64,000 bases of DNA from the NCBI GenBank assembly GCA_951406725.2, contig OX597814.1:58094001-58158000 (forward strand). The letters are read 5' to 3'. The translations under genes and the position numbers were made by a program. The DNA is from Octopus vulgaris (lineage: Eukaryota). Under the pieces are notes generated by a model. The model saw nothing but the letters and a program-made list of their open reading frames with translations, ran no database searches and was not told the DNA's origin. Shown here piece after piece: positions 38,885 to 52,755 of the stretch; position 1 is the stretch's first letter; each line of letters begins with the position of its first letter.

Positions 38885-40050
38885 CAACTAGAATTAACAG
38901 AGCAGCCTGACACAATTGGCCTAAACAATTACCTAAAATCTCTGATGACAGAAACAAAATACATGAAAACAAAAAGCATCATGCTCAGTAACAAAGCAGG
39001 CAAAGAAATATCTAAGTGAATTCCAAATACAACAAATCCTAACATTAGACGTATTAGAAATAAGCACAGAAAAAACTCAGCGTATAAAAACCCTTGCCAA
39101 AACTGCTGCCTTAGATATTCTTACTGATAAAAGGCAAGAAAAACCCCTCAGTAGCAAATACCCAATGAGAGCTAATTATGCTGATGTTGACAAAGACCTT
39201 ACCCATCAATGGATAGTGTCCTGTAGTTTCAACTCAGAGACAGAAGGGTTTATCATAGCAGCTCAATGCCTACCTACAAGAAGTTACCAGACCAACATCT
39301 TAAAGAACGGCAGTAGACCAGCATGTCGTGTATGTAAACAACAAAATGAAACCATTGATCATGTTGTTTCCATGTGCAGTCTTCTTGCGCTTACAGAGTA
39401 TTTCAACAGGCATGATAGAGTAGCACAATATATTCAGTGGGTAATTTGCAAACACTCGGACCTGCTCCATAGCAAAAACTGGTAGGAACATTAGCTACCT
39501 CCAGTGCTTGCGAATGACCACATCTCACTCTTTTGGAACTTCACCATGCAAACTGATAGAATGTTAGATGCTAGTATGCCCGACATTATATTGAAATTAT
39601 TTCAGACAAATATCATACCGACTCATCGATATGACTGTCCCAATATAACGGCGAAAGAATTTGACAAGATCAGTAAATATAAAGACTTGCTAACAGAAAT
39701 TGAGAAAATGTGGCATCTCAAGGCGACTACAGTACCAGTGATTGTAGGATCTCTAGGAATGTTGAAAAAGGTACTGAAACCTATTTGAAAATGATATCAG
39801 GTTTACCATCCCTACAGGAAGGGCAAAAAACCGTGTTAACTGGAACGGCTCATGTACTGAGAAGAGCATTACCGCTGTGAAAGCGACATCCATGCATAAA
39901 TTTATTTATTTATTTATTTTTTTAAATACCTATTTTACCCGTGAATTTGCGTGTGTAATCTGGGAATGCATACAATGAGCTTCACTGCCCTAGGTCTACG
40001 GAAAACACTCGGCCAGAAACGGAAGAAAATTTGAAGAAAGAAGGAAACAA
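38885..40050 (+). mobile_element. R4/Dong-clade 3' fragment(s) C/D
   Basis: ETEGFIIAAQ, CRVCKQQNETIDHVVSMC, RHDRVAQYI, MPDII, KISKYKDLLTEIEKMW, VPVIVGSLG and QKTVLTGTAHVLRRAL*; ends aataataat. May be a chimera of two families joined near 39640. Confidence 0.88.
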
Positions 40051-40219
40051 ATAATAATAATGATAATTGATGATTGTTATGATGATGCACCACATATGCT
40101 TTATGGCTGATGTTGCGTGCCCCTTTGACACCCGAAGAGTCAAGAATAATGGCTAAAAAAAACTATACCGTCCGTTTTCCTGTATATATACAGATATATA
40201 CAGTCCTTTTATGCGAAAC

Positions 40220-40680
40220 AACTCGGCCATGGAAAATGAAGAAATCGAAGATTGTGCCAATAATGTTAGTTCCTTGGGAACATTATCAGAAAGCATCCAC
40301 AGGAATATCGAAGAAATAGAAATAGAGTGCCAATTAGAACTGTCACAAAGGTTTGCCTTCTTGGCACGGCCAGAATAATTAGCAAAGTATTAGATAGTTG
40401 AAAAGTACAGTTAGGAAACCGGATATTGTTGTGGTGAATAAAAAACAAAGAACGCGTATGTTAATCGACATAGCTGGCTCCGGTGACAACAGAAGCTATG
40501 TGGAAGAAGAATGAACTGTGCCGATTTGAAGTGGGAAATACGTAGGTTGAGGTCAATGAACTAAGGATACGTGATACCAATAGTAATTGGGGCACATCGA
40601 AGTATCAGCACTCAACAACCATCATGGCTGAAAATATTTGGTGCAAGCGTGAAGGTTGAACCCCAATAAAAATCAGCATT
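40220..40680 (+). mobile_element. Two further short R4/Dong RLE fragments
   Basis: CLLGTARIISKVLDS*, then RKPDIVVVNKKQRTRMLIDIA...DLKWEIRRL...VIPIVIGA. Confidence 0.75.
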
Positions 40681-43659
40681 ATAAATATACAATATACAAA
40701 TATATCTCTTTCGTGACACGAAAGAGATATATTTGTATATTTCTAATCCAGTCTGTTAAAACAACGCACCAAAGCTGATTGCTTTGAGGATGGCCGTCAA
40801 GTAACGATATTCCGTCAAGTAAAGTTTTCACTCGAATCTGCTTCATCTGGTGTCATCGAAGCCTACTATGACGTTTTAGATGAAGAAATTTTGGATATGT
40901 AGCTCAGTAATTAGGTCTTTTTATTCTTTTGTAACCGGGAAAGACATGATTAGGTTCTGGTAACTGAATCCAAGCCTACATTCCTATTTAACTCAACCGT
41001 TCAAATTACAAATTTACGATGTGTTGTCGACTAGTTTAAATTGTCTGTACTCCACACTACCTGTATCAGCTGGCAATGGAAATTCTAAATACCCATATGG
41101 TAGCTCATGTCTGTTGGTACGTTCAGAATTCCCACCTAAACTGAGCAGATTTGCAAAACATTTTCAACCCTCTCTTTTAAAATGCAAGCCTTACACTAGC
41201 GATGCAGTTGGATAAATTCATTGCTAAGTCTATCTTTCCCAATAAATGTTGGGTCGTCGCCTGTTCGAGACATAAATGGTCACTACTCTGAATGCACGCT
41301 TTACTGAAACTTGCATTTAGTACCATGAAAAAATATATTTGTTTAGAAAAAAATCTCACCGTATCTCGAATTGCAGGTCGTTCCCAAACAATGCTGTGAT
41401 CCTATCAGCCGATTGCGATAGGCTTACAAGTTGAGCGCACCTCGTATTCCGTCGAATGTTGCTTTCAGCTTACGCTTTTGAGAAGTTTCAGTTTTATTGA
41501 TGGATGAAAGGGAAATAATGAAAAGACTCGCTACGTCACTCTTTTTTCTAAAACTATGCCTTATGTAAAAGTTTTAAGCTCCAAAGCGTTGGTATCTGTT
41601 TATATTAATAGCCTGTCTTGAATTGTCTTCACGACATTTACTTCTATATTTGTGAGAATCTCCGTGATTTTGACGACTTTATCAATAAAACCGCTCTTTC
41701 TCTTTTGAACAACAGTGAAGTTTGTGCTAAATAGGGTACGGGTTTCTGTATTTAGTTCTACGTTTAATTGTTTTCTTGTAAGTGGTTTTCTTTTTGTGAC
41801 TATTTTGTAATTATAGCTATGCTCGTATTTCTGTTTGTGCGTATTCTATAAGCAATTTCAGTGATGTTGATGAGTGGGTTATATAGAAATTTCCTACTTC
41901 TTCGTCATGCTTTGTGCTTGACTTTTATATTGGAGAATGCTTTCTGGAATTATTTGTTCTCTTCCTACTTAATGAAGTGTTCCGCTAATGCTTTGTTTTG
42001 TCATCATCTCACAAACGCTATGATATCTGGTTTGGGACGAAGGGGTCGCAAGTACAACAAGTGAGTACCAGTGTGATTTTGTGCAGCATAAATTATGGAT
42101 GATCGACGTAAACCCGCATCTATGATGGTCGTTGAATTGTTGTTTACAAGACTGGGGTCCTGGTCTTTATCACTATTGTTGTTATGTTTGGGAATGATCT
42201 CGAACACTCCTGATAGTGTTGCTGCTGCTGCTATCGTAATAGTTTGTAGCGAAGCTCCTATTTCTGTGGTTGTTACGCTTGTGGTGAGACAGCAATGCAA
42301 ACTTTCATTCTGTTGCTGCTACAACATATCAGGCAGCCAACCCTTTTGCATTCCATCATTATATATCAATTCTAGATTTCTCCCAAAGTTCAAGAATTTT
42401 GTTAATTTTTTTTGGCTTTAACCTTAGATGAAAAATTATTGGCTGCTTTCTCTGCAATGTCTTTGAATATCTAGAAGTGAATCATTTTTTTTTGAACAAC
42501 GCATTCCATCATCGCTGGAGGTCCATTTGTGGTAGAATTTAAGTATAGTAATCAGAATAATAGCCTTATTTATGCATAGGCAATAGACTGCCTCTGTGCA
42601 TGTGCTATTCAGAGGGATTTCCAATATTACCGTTATTCTTTGTGAGTGATTTAGTGATTGGATCTAAAATGACACACCAATATATTGCAGTTCTTTTGTT
42701 CATTTCTCCAAAACAACTGGAAACACAGCCATTACAGATCCGACTAACGCATTCCCCTCGTCTTTCTTGTGCATACTTAATTTTTACTGTGCAGTTCTTA
42801 CAAATAAAGTGGCGTTTGTTGTGGTTTGGCGAAATTTCTGCTGTTGTTAGTGGTGAATCCGACCGCTACAGGCTCTGGTGTTGCTGCTGTGGTGGCGGTG
42901 GTGATGGTGATATAACAGTTGCTGTTCGTGCTATTGCTGTTGTAGTTTGTTTCCCTTGAGGATAAAGAGGTTTGATTAATTGGATTCCAAAGTGTTACCT
43001 CTGTTCTGGTTGTAGCTCATAATGTTGTTATCGTTGATACTTTTATGTTGTAATTATAGCTTGTTTCAAAAGCTTTCACTGTCCCTATTATTGTTTTTGT
43101 TGCGGTTGTTGATGTTGTTGGTCTTATTCATTCTATTGTGATCATTGTTATTCTTGCCGCTCAGGTTTTTTTTTATATTATAGTGGTTATTTCTGCTGTT
43201 TTCTAATACATTTTATGCGTCGATATCATGGCTCTTAATGTGCCGTTATTTGTTGACTTGTCAGTATATTAATTTAGTTCCGATTTCCTCTTTCACATTC
43301 TCAACTTGCTTCTGTTCCCCTCTGTGTTTCTCTTGTTCTTCTGCCATAAATATTACAACACTTTGCTCAGTATTGATGCTTGCCTTTTCAAATACACATC
43401 CTAATTTTGATGTTGCAATGTATTGAAGTATGCAGCAACACAGAAACAGGGCTTAATACAACAGAGAAAAGTGCACAGTAATATGGGTCATGAATCTCTT
43501 TAAAGAAATCTTTCTTTTTTAAAAAAAAGCTTAATCAAAATTCCATTCAAGCAACAAAAAAAACATTATATGAAACAGAGATCAGTGTAGTTTCTAATAT
43601 TTTTTGTAAATAATAGCAATAACAACCACTACAGCAACAACAATAGCAACAATAATAAT

Positions 43660-43845
43660 AAGGAGAGTTTACGAAAAAAAACAAAAGACGAAAACAGGTG
43701 GTGTACAAAAATAAAGATGTATTAGTATAACGCTCAGGAATAGAAAAAGTCGTTTACGTTTCGAGCCTACGCTCTTCTACAGCAAGGGACAGAAGAGAAA
43801 GGAGAGAAAAATGTGTGTAGTCGCTAACGATCTATCATGGCGACT
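43660..43845 (-). mobile_element. Short interspersed repeat with a hammerhead-like motif (Penelope-type pLTR remnant?)
   Basis: On -: CTGTAGA A GAGC-GTAG-GCTC GAAA CG TA at 43751-43786. Confidence 0.45.
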
Positions 43846-45039
43846 AGTATGATAATAATACAGATAATGATAGAGATGATAAGTAATCACAACGGAGAAA
43901 AAAATACGCTTTAAGTTGAATAAGCTAATGGCAGCTTTAAGTAGAATCCTCAGTGTGAAAATGGGATAGCGGATGAAGGGCTTAAGAAAAGACTAGAAAG
44001 AGATTTTACGAAACGGCATTGAGATAGAGCATACCGAGAGGAAACAAAGAAGAGTGACAGTCAATGCAAAATCTAAATAGCACAATACTAGCAATTTACC
44101 CTATAGACTGAGTAGATCGTTCCATTCTAATCAGAGAAAAGTTGTCTGATGAAGTAGAGAGTAAAAGAAATGAGGTAGTTATTCTGGATGTAGAATAAAG
44201 GTAACTTTTGAGAAACTTGCAACTCGAATCTGAACTTAAACGAATAATTCTATATTAGGATTTATTTCTTGAGACTATCTCTGTGTTACTCGAAGAAAAA
44301 TTCTAATTACTGTGCAATTAGATGAAATTTTCTGCACTGCATTATTTGCCATGTCCCTCATAGTGCTGCATAGGATAACGAGATGACTTCCCTTGAAGCG
44401 TTTACTAGTGCTGATAGCCATCGATCTATAAATAATTGACAGAGCACAAAACCAGTATCTTTCCGAATATTCAACTTCTTTATTTGGCCATACTTCATCC
44501 TAATATTTTTCTGTTTGTGTTGATGCAGGAAAGTTTTGATTTCAATACGGCTCTCGGTTATGAAACGTCTCTGTTTTCTCTCCACATAATATATCGACAC
44601 TGCTAGATTATCAGGTGCCAATAACGATAGTAGTAGAATATGTGCTACTAAGGCTTCTGTTACTGATACTGATGTCCGTATTTATTTATACCTCTTCCTA
44701 TGATGCCTCTTCTCCTTCCTGTCTTAGCTTGTAATTGCTGTTTCCGTTATTTTTTCGATTCTAGTCTTGCTATTTCTGCTTCCCGTGTGTTGTTTCTGTA
44801 TCGTGTGCTGCTATTGTTATTTTTGATGTTGCTCATGCACTGGCGCTCCTTTGTGCATGATTCTCGGTCGTTGTTTTCTTTTTAATGATTATTACGGCTT
44901 TTCGGGAATCCTTTTTTGTTTATAAATAAAAATGAAATTTTACAACTGCAGGTATTTTCAAAAGATTTTTCGAAGTGTTTCTTACACGAACAATTGCACC
45001 TCAACTATCTGAATCAGTTCAGTATTAAAATAATAATAA

Positions 45040-45369
<330 letters not shown>

Positions 45370-46329
45370 TAAAAGCGTTAATGATATAGAAAAAGAGCAT
45401 GGACGTGTGATAGCGTGCTGCCGGGAAGGTAGATCAAATCAGAGACTATCACGAAGCAGGAATTAAGAATCCGCAAAAACAATGCAAGAAAACTATGTCG
45501 TAATGCGAGCCATCTCAGGAAACTGAAAAATGTTTGTTATATGGAGTATATATATACAAAACATACTTTCCTCTTAGACAGCAAAATGTGCGTAAAAATG
45601 TAAACGATGCAATATTTCACTACGAAAACTGCAAACCTGTGAGTAAAATTTTAAAAATTTTGAATTTTAAATTTTAGTTACATATACATCCATATTTATA
45701 CAAGACATCTCTATATATGCACATTGCTGTGTCTTCTCGGTCTCTCACTGATAATTCAACAATAATTATAACTACGAAAGAAACATCAACACATGTCCAT
45801 GGGTAGCTTTCAGTTAAAATACTAAACGCTGTAAAAACCAACCCATAACAAAACCAACCAAACGAGAAAGAACGGTGGACAAATAACCATAAATACTATG
45901 AAATAATTGATTTATGATTTACGCACACTACTATGCAACACTCCAAAAATGTAAATACTCAACAAAATGAAGAAAGCCCACCACATGTGCCATAGAAAGT
46001 CGATACTCGACAGAAGAACATAACCTGCGCTGCATAAACAACACACAACACAAAGCAATTAATACAACAGAAGACTTAGGCCATACCTCATAACAAAACA
46101 TACTGACACGATACAATATCGTCTCCTCAAGAAATGCAGCACACATCACCCCACCAGTAAAAGGTACAACATATGATGGAATAGAAAGTTGCTTGGAACT
46201 ATAGATGTGGAAAATAATGGTAGTGATGACGTTGTTGTCGAACGTTACCTTACCGCAGTTTATGAGAGATAGTAGTTTCCGAGGAAACTGGTTGTAACAG
46301 CGGAAAGGAAGCTGGACCTGTAAGAGAAG

Positions 46330-47412
46330 GCATCTTGCTCGGCAGTGTTTAAGTATAGATACAGACTTACCACAGCTGTTATCCTAATATAACATCAGCA
46401 GATAATAGAGTAAGGGGGAGGAAGTGAGCCAGTGGAAAAAACGTGATAGTTATTCAGTGCTACTTAGAAAGTGAACTTAAAAGAATGGGCTATAGAAAAC
46501 GGATGTTAACACTGGGTAGAGGAGAGAATGTTTAAAGTGACTGAGCAGATATTAAAAGAAACATTTTCCAAGGGGACTCGTGATGCCCTTTAATATTTGT
46601 CTTATGTTTGATCCTCCTCAGTTTAGTATTAAGTAAATAAAAGGCAGGATATCAGTTCAGAAATAGCAAGGATGAAAAAAAGATGGAAAAGAGATAGATT
46701 GTTTAACCCAGATTGTAAGTCTCCTATGTAGGTAATAGTGCAGAAATTTTATTAAAAGCTGCTAGAGTCACAGCAAAACATAGGTAAACCCAAAATCCAA
46801 AACGAAGTTAAAAACCAGAAAAGAGAACAGAAATTATCTGACTAGCAGGAGAAGGCGTTGCATGGTAAATGCCCAAAGATAGTTGCAGCCAATAGTAGTA
46901 AGACATGGCTATGGTTATCGAAAGGAATGCTGAAAAGGGATACAGAAAGTTTGTTAGTAGCTGCACAAGATAAAGCATTAAGGACTAATTGGATAAATTC
47001 CAAGACAGAAAAAAAAGTAGATTCCCAATGTAAGTAATGTAAATCAAAAGAGGAAAGCATTACTCATATATTAAATGAATGTAGCATGCTGGTACAGAAA
47101 GAATACAAGAAAAGACAACATAGGGAGAATAGTCCATTGGAATTTATGTAGAAAGCAAAGATTTGAACAAACTAATAAATGGTATGAACATGAACGTAGT
47201 AAATTACTAGAATGTAAGAAATATAAGATGTTGTGGGTCTTTAACATTCAGATTGACAGAGCAATAGAAACTAGAAGGTTTGATTTAATAATAGTTGATA
47301 CAGAGTATAGAAAGTGCCAGATAATTATCTTTACTATCATAAATGATGAAAACTCAATATGAGAGGTATAAAAAATAGCAAAATACCATGAACTAGCCAT
47401 TTAATTAGAGAG
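46330..47412 (+). mobile_element. R4/Dong-clade fragment E (decayed)
   Basis: QEKALHGK, LKRDTESLLVAAQDKALRTN, CK*CKSKEESITHILNEC, IVHWNLC, WYEH and ETRRFDLIIVD; followed by (AAT)n. Confidence 0.82.
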
Positions 47413-47414
47413 AC

Positions 47415-47478
<64 letters not shown>

Positions 47479-47608
47479 GTACTAATAATAATAAATAAAT
47501 AAATAAACAAATAAATAAATAAATAAAACCTCCAATAGAACAGTTTAGCATGCCAAACAAACATAATCATTAATTTTATTACCCTGACATCAGTTTTAAT
47601 GCAATATT

Positions 47609-47820
47609 CTTTTCTACTCTTGGCACAAGGCCCGAAAGTTTTGGGAAGGGGGCCGTCGATTAGATCGAGTCCAGTACGCAACTGCTACTTAATTTATCGA
47701 ACCCGAGGAGATGGAAGCAAAATCGACCTCGACGGAATTTTGACTCAGAACGTAAAAGACAGACGAAATACTGCTAAAAACTTCGCCCGGCGTACTAACG
47801 TTTCTGCCTGCCTGTCACCT
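47609..47820 (-). mobile_element. SINE family 1 copy
   Basis: ggcacaaggcccgaaag...actcagaacgtaaaagacagacgaaatac...cggcgtactaacgtttctgcc. Confidence 0.85.
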
Positions 47821-47850
47821 TAGTTTTAATGCATAATTACAAAGATGAAA

Positions 47851-48058
47851 GGCGGCGAGCTGGCAGAGGCATTAGCATTCCGCGCCAATTGCTTAGCGGC
47901 ATTTTGTCTGTCTTTACGTTCTGAGTTCAACCTCCGCCGAGGTCGACTTTGCCTTTCATCCTTTCGGGGTCGATATATAAGTGTCAGTTGATCCTTGGGT
48001 CAATGCAATCGACTTATCACCTCCTCCGAAATTGCTATCTCTGTGCTCAGATTTGAGG
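47851..48058 (+). mobile_element. SINE family 1 copy
   Basis: ggcggcgagctggcag...gttctgagttcaacctccgccgaggtcgactttgcctttcatcctttcggggtcgata. Confidence 0.88.
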
Positions 48059-49451
48059 TCAATATTAATACAAGTAAAAAGAAGTGTAAGTCAATGTTTT
48101 CTTTTATTTTTTGTGCGTATACTTCAGCGTATACGCGTATGAATATCTGTACATGTGCGTATATATGTGTGTGTGTGTGTCTGGCTACATTACAATGGAA
48201 TAAAGTAAAATAAAAGGTAATAAGTTTCACAGTATACAAAAATGGCTGAAGCGTAATATTTATGTCCTTAGACCTTTCGATCGTGTATACCACACCAGAC
48301 TGAGGAAAATGCCTCTCTTTTGCAAGCAAAGGCAAATGGCAAGCAATCATCAGGATAGTCCCGGTTAATTGTTGTAGTCACTCCTCTAGTGACAGTCACA
48401 CGTCCCGTCAGGAATAGTCAAACTATTAGCATGTGCGTGCAGAATTGTTTTGCTCCCCTTGGAGAGATCCGGCTGACGACATTGTATTTCTTCTTTGTAG
48501 AGTTAGTCTTGAGTTGGCAATGTCCTCTCTGACTCTGTCCGTCTTGGAGATTTCTAGATGCTTCTGAGCCAACTCCGTCCTTAAAAAAAAAGGCTGTTGA
48601 GTCTACTAGCTGCCAATAAGTACTCCGAAAACGCCGATCCTTCTCCCAACTGCTAATTCTCTACGATACAGCAGACTCAAAGCTCCTAGCCTTGGTGTTC
48701 GATCAATTTAGAGCTAACAGAAACGACACTATGGCATATAAATTCAATTTGCATTAAAATTAATACTAACCGAACCAGTAATAAAATGCTGAAGACATAA
48801 TTAGCGTCATATATATAAAGAGTAATATTGTAGTTCATAAGGAAAATATCACCCAAAGATAGAATGGATACGTGTTGTCTCTTAGACGTGTGTAACGCAA
48901 AGTGGTGCCAAGGCACAAGCATGTTCTGTAGAGAGATATAGTTATATACTTGGAGAAACTCGTTTAAAACAGTCATGCGTTTAAAACGTCTTAAGCTACT
49001 AACGAAATGAAACATTATTGGATCCAGATAGATAAACGTACACACATAGGAACACACGTATATACGCGGGAAAATACACGTGCGCGCATACACACATACA
49101 CAAATATATACTTTTGTGTGTATATGTGTGTATGTGTGTGTGTATGTGTGTGTGTATATGTGTATGTGTGTGTATGTGTAAACATGTAAGGTAATGAAGA
49201 TGAAGACCATACATCAGGTTTTAGATCAGAATTGAATACAGGAAAATTTCGTTCAAATCCTAGACATATTGTATACAAGCAATCACCAGTTACCAGTCTT
49301 TACGAATGTTGTTCCTTCTACATTCTTAGGCTATTTTCCTCCTGTTTCATGCATTAGGTAGCTTCTTTTTTAATTGTAAAGAGCAATCCATAAATGTGTA
49401 TACGTTATTGCATTAGTTAGTCGTTTATGAGACAGAATCAATATAACAATG

Positions 49452-49498
<47 letters not shown>

Positions 49499-49615
49499 TA
49501 TACATATATATACATACATATGTACATGTGTGTGTGTTTGTGTGTGTGCGTGTGTGTGTATGAGCATTTATATATGTATGTGTATATATATGTTTGAGTA
49601 TTTATACATGCATGC

Positions 49616-49652
<37 letters not shown>

Positions 49653-49765
49653 AAAAATGGTAAATAATTTTTCAGTGGTTTTTCATATAACCAACAATTA
49701 TTTACCGGTAAATTTCGGTATGTAAATATGACAAATTCATCGTCAGGAACTTCTGGAAAGTTCAG

Positions 49766-49839
49766 TATATAGTGAAAATAATTAAAGGGCGGGCAACGAG
49801 GCAGCCTGTTGCCCGCCCTTTAATTATTTTCACTATATA
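49766..49839. repeat. Perfect 32-bp inverted repeat with a 10-nt spacer
   Basis: tatatagtgaaaataattaaagggcgggcaac - gaggcagcct - gttgcccgccctttaattattttcactatata. Confidence 0.95.
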
Positions 49840-50069
49840 TATATATATAGATAGATATAGATATATATATCTGGCCAGATAACCGAAGAGATGTTGTTGT
49901 GGATTTCCACTTCAGCATCCGAAACTCAGAGATTTATCTATTGAATAATTGTCACATATTAATTTACAGATAAACTTCCTCTATTTACATAATATTGAGG
50001 TCTCTTTCTTTCTTTTGTTATCTTACCGTTTTTACCAATATATATATATATATATTTATACATATATAA

Positions 50070-50471
50070 TGATTTCTTAAGTAACGAGAAGATGGAGGTG
50101 GTATTGATCTATATGTTGTACAACGGTAATTTCGACCCATCCTACTGTTTTCTTAACAATTATCTGTCTATATTTACATATTTACAGGCGTTTGCAACTC
50201 TTATTGAAGGAAGATAATAGTAATTGAAAATTGTAGCGATGATTCATTCCCTAACCCGATGGGCATATAGTAACAGGACAACCAAAACTCAGGATCTTTA
50301 GCGAGACACAACTTTATGTATGGATGTACATGACGAAACCCAAACTTCAAAATTGATGCAATGCATGTTGAACGGAGTCCCACCCATAAGGGGAAGTAGC
50401 AGGATGGGTCGAAACGACCGTTTTACAAAATAGATATTAATATCAAATCCATCCTCTCGTTACTCAAGAAA
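50070..50471. repeat. Diverged ~75-bp inverted repeats around a ~250-bp core
   Basis: atttcttaagtaacgagaagatgga...ttcgacccatccta at 50070-50143 vs aggatgggtcgaa...tccatcctctcgttactcaagaaat at about 50400-50471. Confidence 0.75.
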
Positions 50472-50620
50472 TTGTTATTATCATCTCAAATAATACTGCG
50501 GAGTTCCTGAAGCAGATTCAACGCAAATATATCCCGACTGCAGACGAGAGCAGGTAGCCCAAACTGCGACCGTTCTCTATTCAACACTTAAATACATTAA
50601 TCGACATATACCCAGTAGTT

Positions 50621-50674
<54 letters not shown>

Positions 50675-52551
50675 GTGTGTGTGTGTGTGTGCTTGTGTAT
50701 GTTTGTGTGTGTGTGTGTGTGTGTGTGTGCTCTTGTGTGTGTAAGTTTGTGCATTTTCATGTATTCGATTCTTGAGCCTTTTACTTAGTTTACAGGTGAA
50801 ATAATCTCACATGCAAGGTATCATTTTATTCTTGAATCCTGAACTAAAAACGCACAATCGGCACACTTTGTTTAATTGTTCATCTTTTGTATTGTGCTCG
50901 TATTTGTGGGCATGTATTGTCTACATCGGAGTCTCGTGCAATATAATTAGCCATCATTTTGAAAACACGTTATTACATGTTACATTTGCTGAGATGGCGC
51001 ATTTGTTATTTAGCGAAATGCCACTGTGCTAAAGTACATATTGTTTTTCTTTCTCCCTAGTCGATAAAATGATTATCGATAGTGCATTGAATTCCAGTTT
51101 ATTGAATAAAGGTACAGAGCTCCACTAGACCCCACTTATTATTCATTGGATTATTTGTAGAATCTCCAATAACCGGTTTGCTGTATCAAGCGTATTTCTG
51201 GGTTTACAAGCAAATAATATTGTGAATGTATTCAGCTTAGATTTTCTCGATAGAATTGAAATCTGTTTTCTATTTTTATACACTGGATTATTTTTATTGA
51301 ACCATTAGACAATATCATAATGTTTTAACGCTCGTGTATACATAACGAAATGAAACATTTTTTTTTTACACAAAAATATCATAGTTAATATAAACCTACT
51401 TAACTATACATCTCTCCCCTTAGCAAAGAGTGAATGTGTTTTGTTAAACCACTGTATATACTTAAGTCTCTAGTCGTTAGGTTGTAACAAGAAATACTCT
51501 AGACTTCCGACTTAATTGTATTTTAATGCTGAAATTAAGAAAACTTTGGTATACCGTAATCTTATATATGTTTAGATACAACATATATCGAATGGGGTAT
51601 TGTTTGAAATATAATATAATTTTCAGGAAAATGACAGTTCAAGTAATTGGGTGGCTAAGTAAATGGGTATCGCCTGTTAAGATAACAGATAGCCTTTCTT
51701 ACCCTTAAGCTTTGAATTTTGTTGACATATTCATATAGAAACAAACAATTGTAAGGTTATAAGACGTCGTTCTTTTTTCATTTTACTATGTTGAACTTCG
51801 TACTTTGGGACTGTTAGGATAACAGGGAATGTAACATATAATGTCATATGTAGTGTCTGCAATATGATGGCTGATTACGTTGCAAGACAATACTGCGAAG
51901 GCAATGATGCCCACAAAAAGTAACACACTGCAAAAGACGATCAATTAAGTATAACGAGTGATATATTCGTTTTATATTCCAGAACTGAAGCAAAAACAGG
52001 TGATTTGCATACGAAAGTATTTCAACTGTAAACTAAATAAGAATGAAAATATATAAAATTTCTAAAAAGCATGATGTAAATAACAGCGAGTAAATATTGG
52101 GTTAAAAACGCTTTGGATAGAAAAAGTCGACGTCTGCCCGTGGAATTCAAACCCACATCTGTAAATCTGACACATTTTATAAGTGACCGAATCGAACTAT
52201 GGTTATATTGATATTTACTATTTACCAGAAGGAAATGCTTTCACACAACAAGCTGTACTAAGTTTTCAGTTGGTAAGAAGAATTGGATGCAACATGCATC
52301 GAAAGCTATGGAATGAAATGATCAGAGATACCTACCTTACACAGTGTTTGTTAAATAAATTATTAAGGGGCTCTTATTATGAGAATTAACGGTGAGAATG
52401 TTGACAAATTTTACCAAATTTATCAAATTAAACAGCACTCGTTTACCTCTGTCTATTTCATGGTACAAACAGTATGTTCATCTTTACTTTTACACACACA
52501 AACACAAACATATTCATAAAAGTATGTATATGTGTATGTACTATATGCGTG

Positions 52552-52631
<80 letters not shown>

Positions 52632-52669
52632 AATCAATCTATCTATCTATATATCTATCTATCTATATA

Positions 52670-52700
<31 letters not shown>

Positions 52701-52723
52701 ATCTATCACTCTCTCTCTCTCTT

Positions 52724-52755
<32 letters not shown>

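Noticed and set aside
40750-41960. Possible ancient minus-strand RT (DDPTFIGK, YGYLEFP)
   Set aside because: The motif matches are too weak and fragmentary to annotate without a profile search.
42095-42421. 108-aa hydrophobic ORF, with 42600-42959 similar
   Set aside because: The composition comes from decayed (GTT/GCT)n-like low-complexity sequence; no recognisable domain.
48295-48360. CTGAGGA (+) and CTGATGA (-) cores near each other
   Set aside because: No correctly placed GAAA and stems on either strand.
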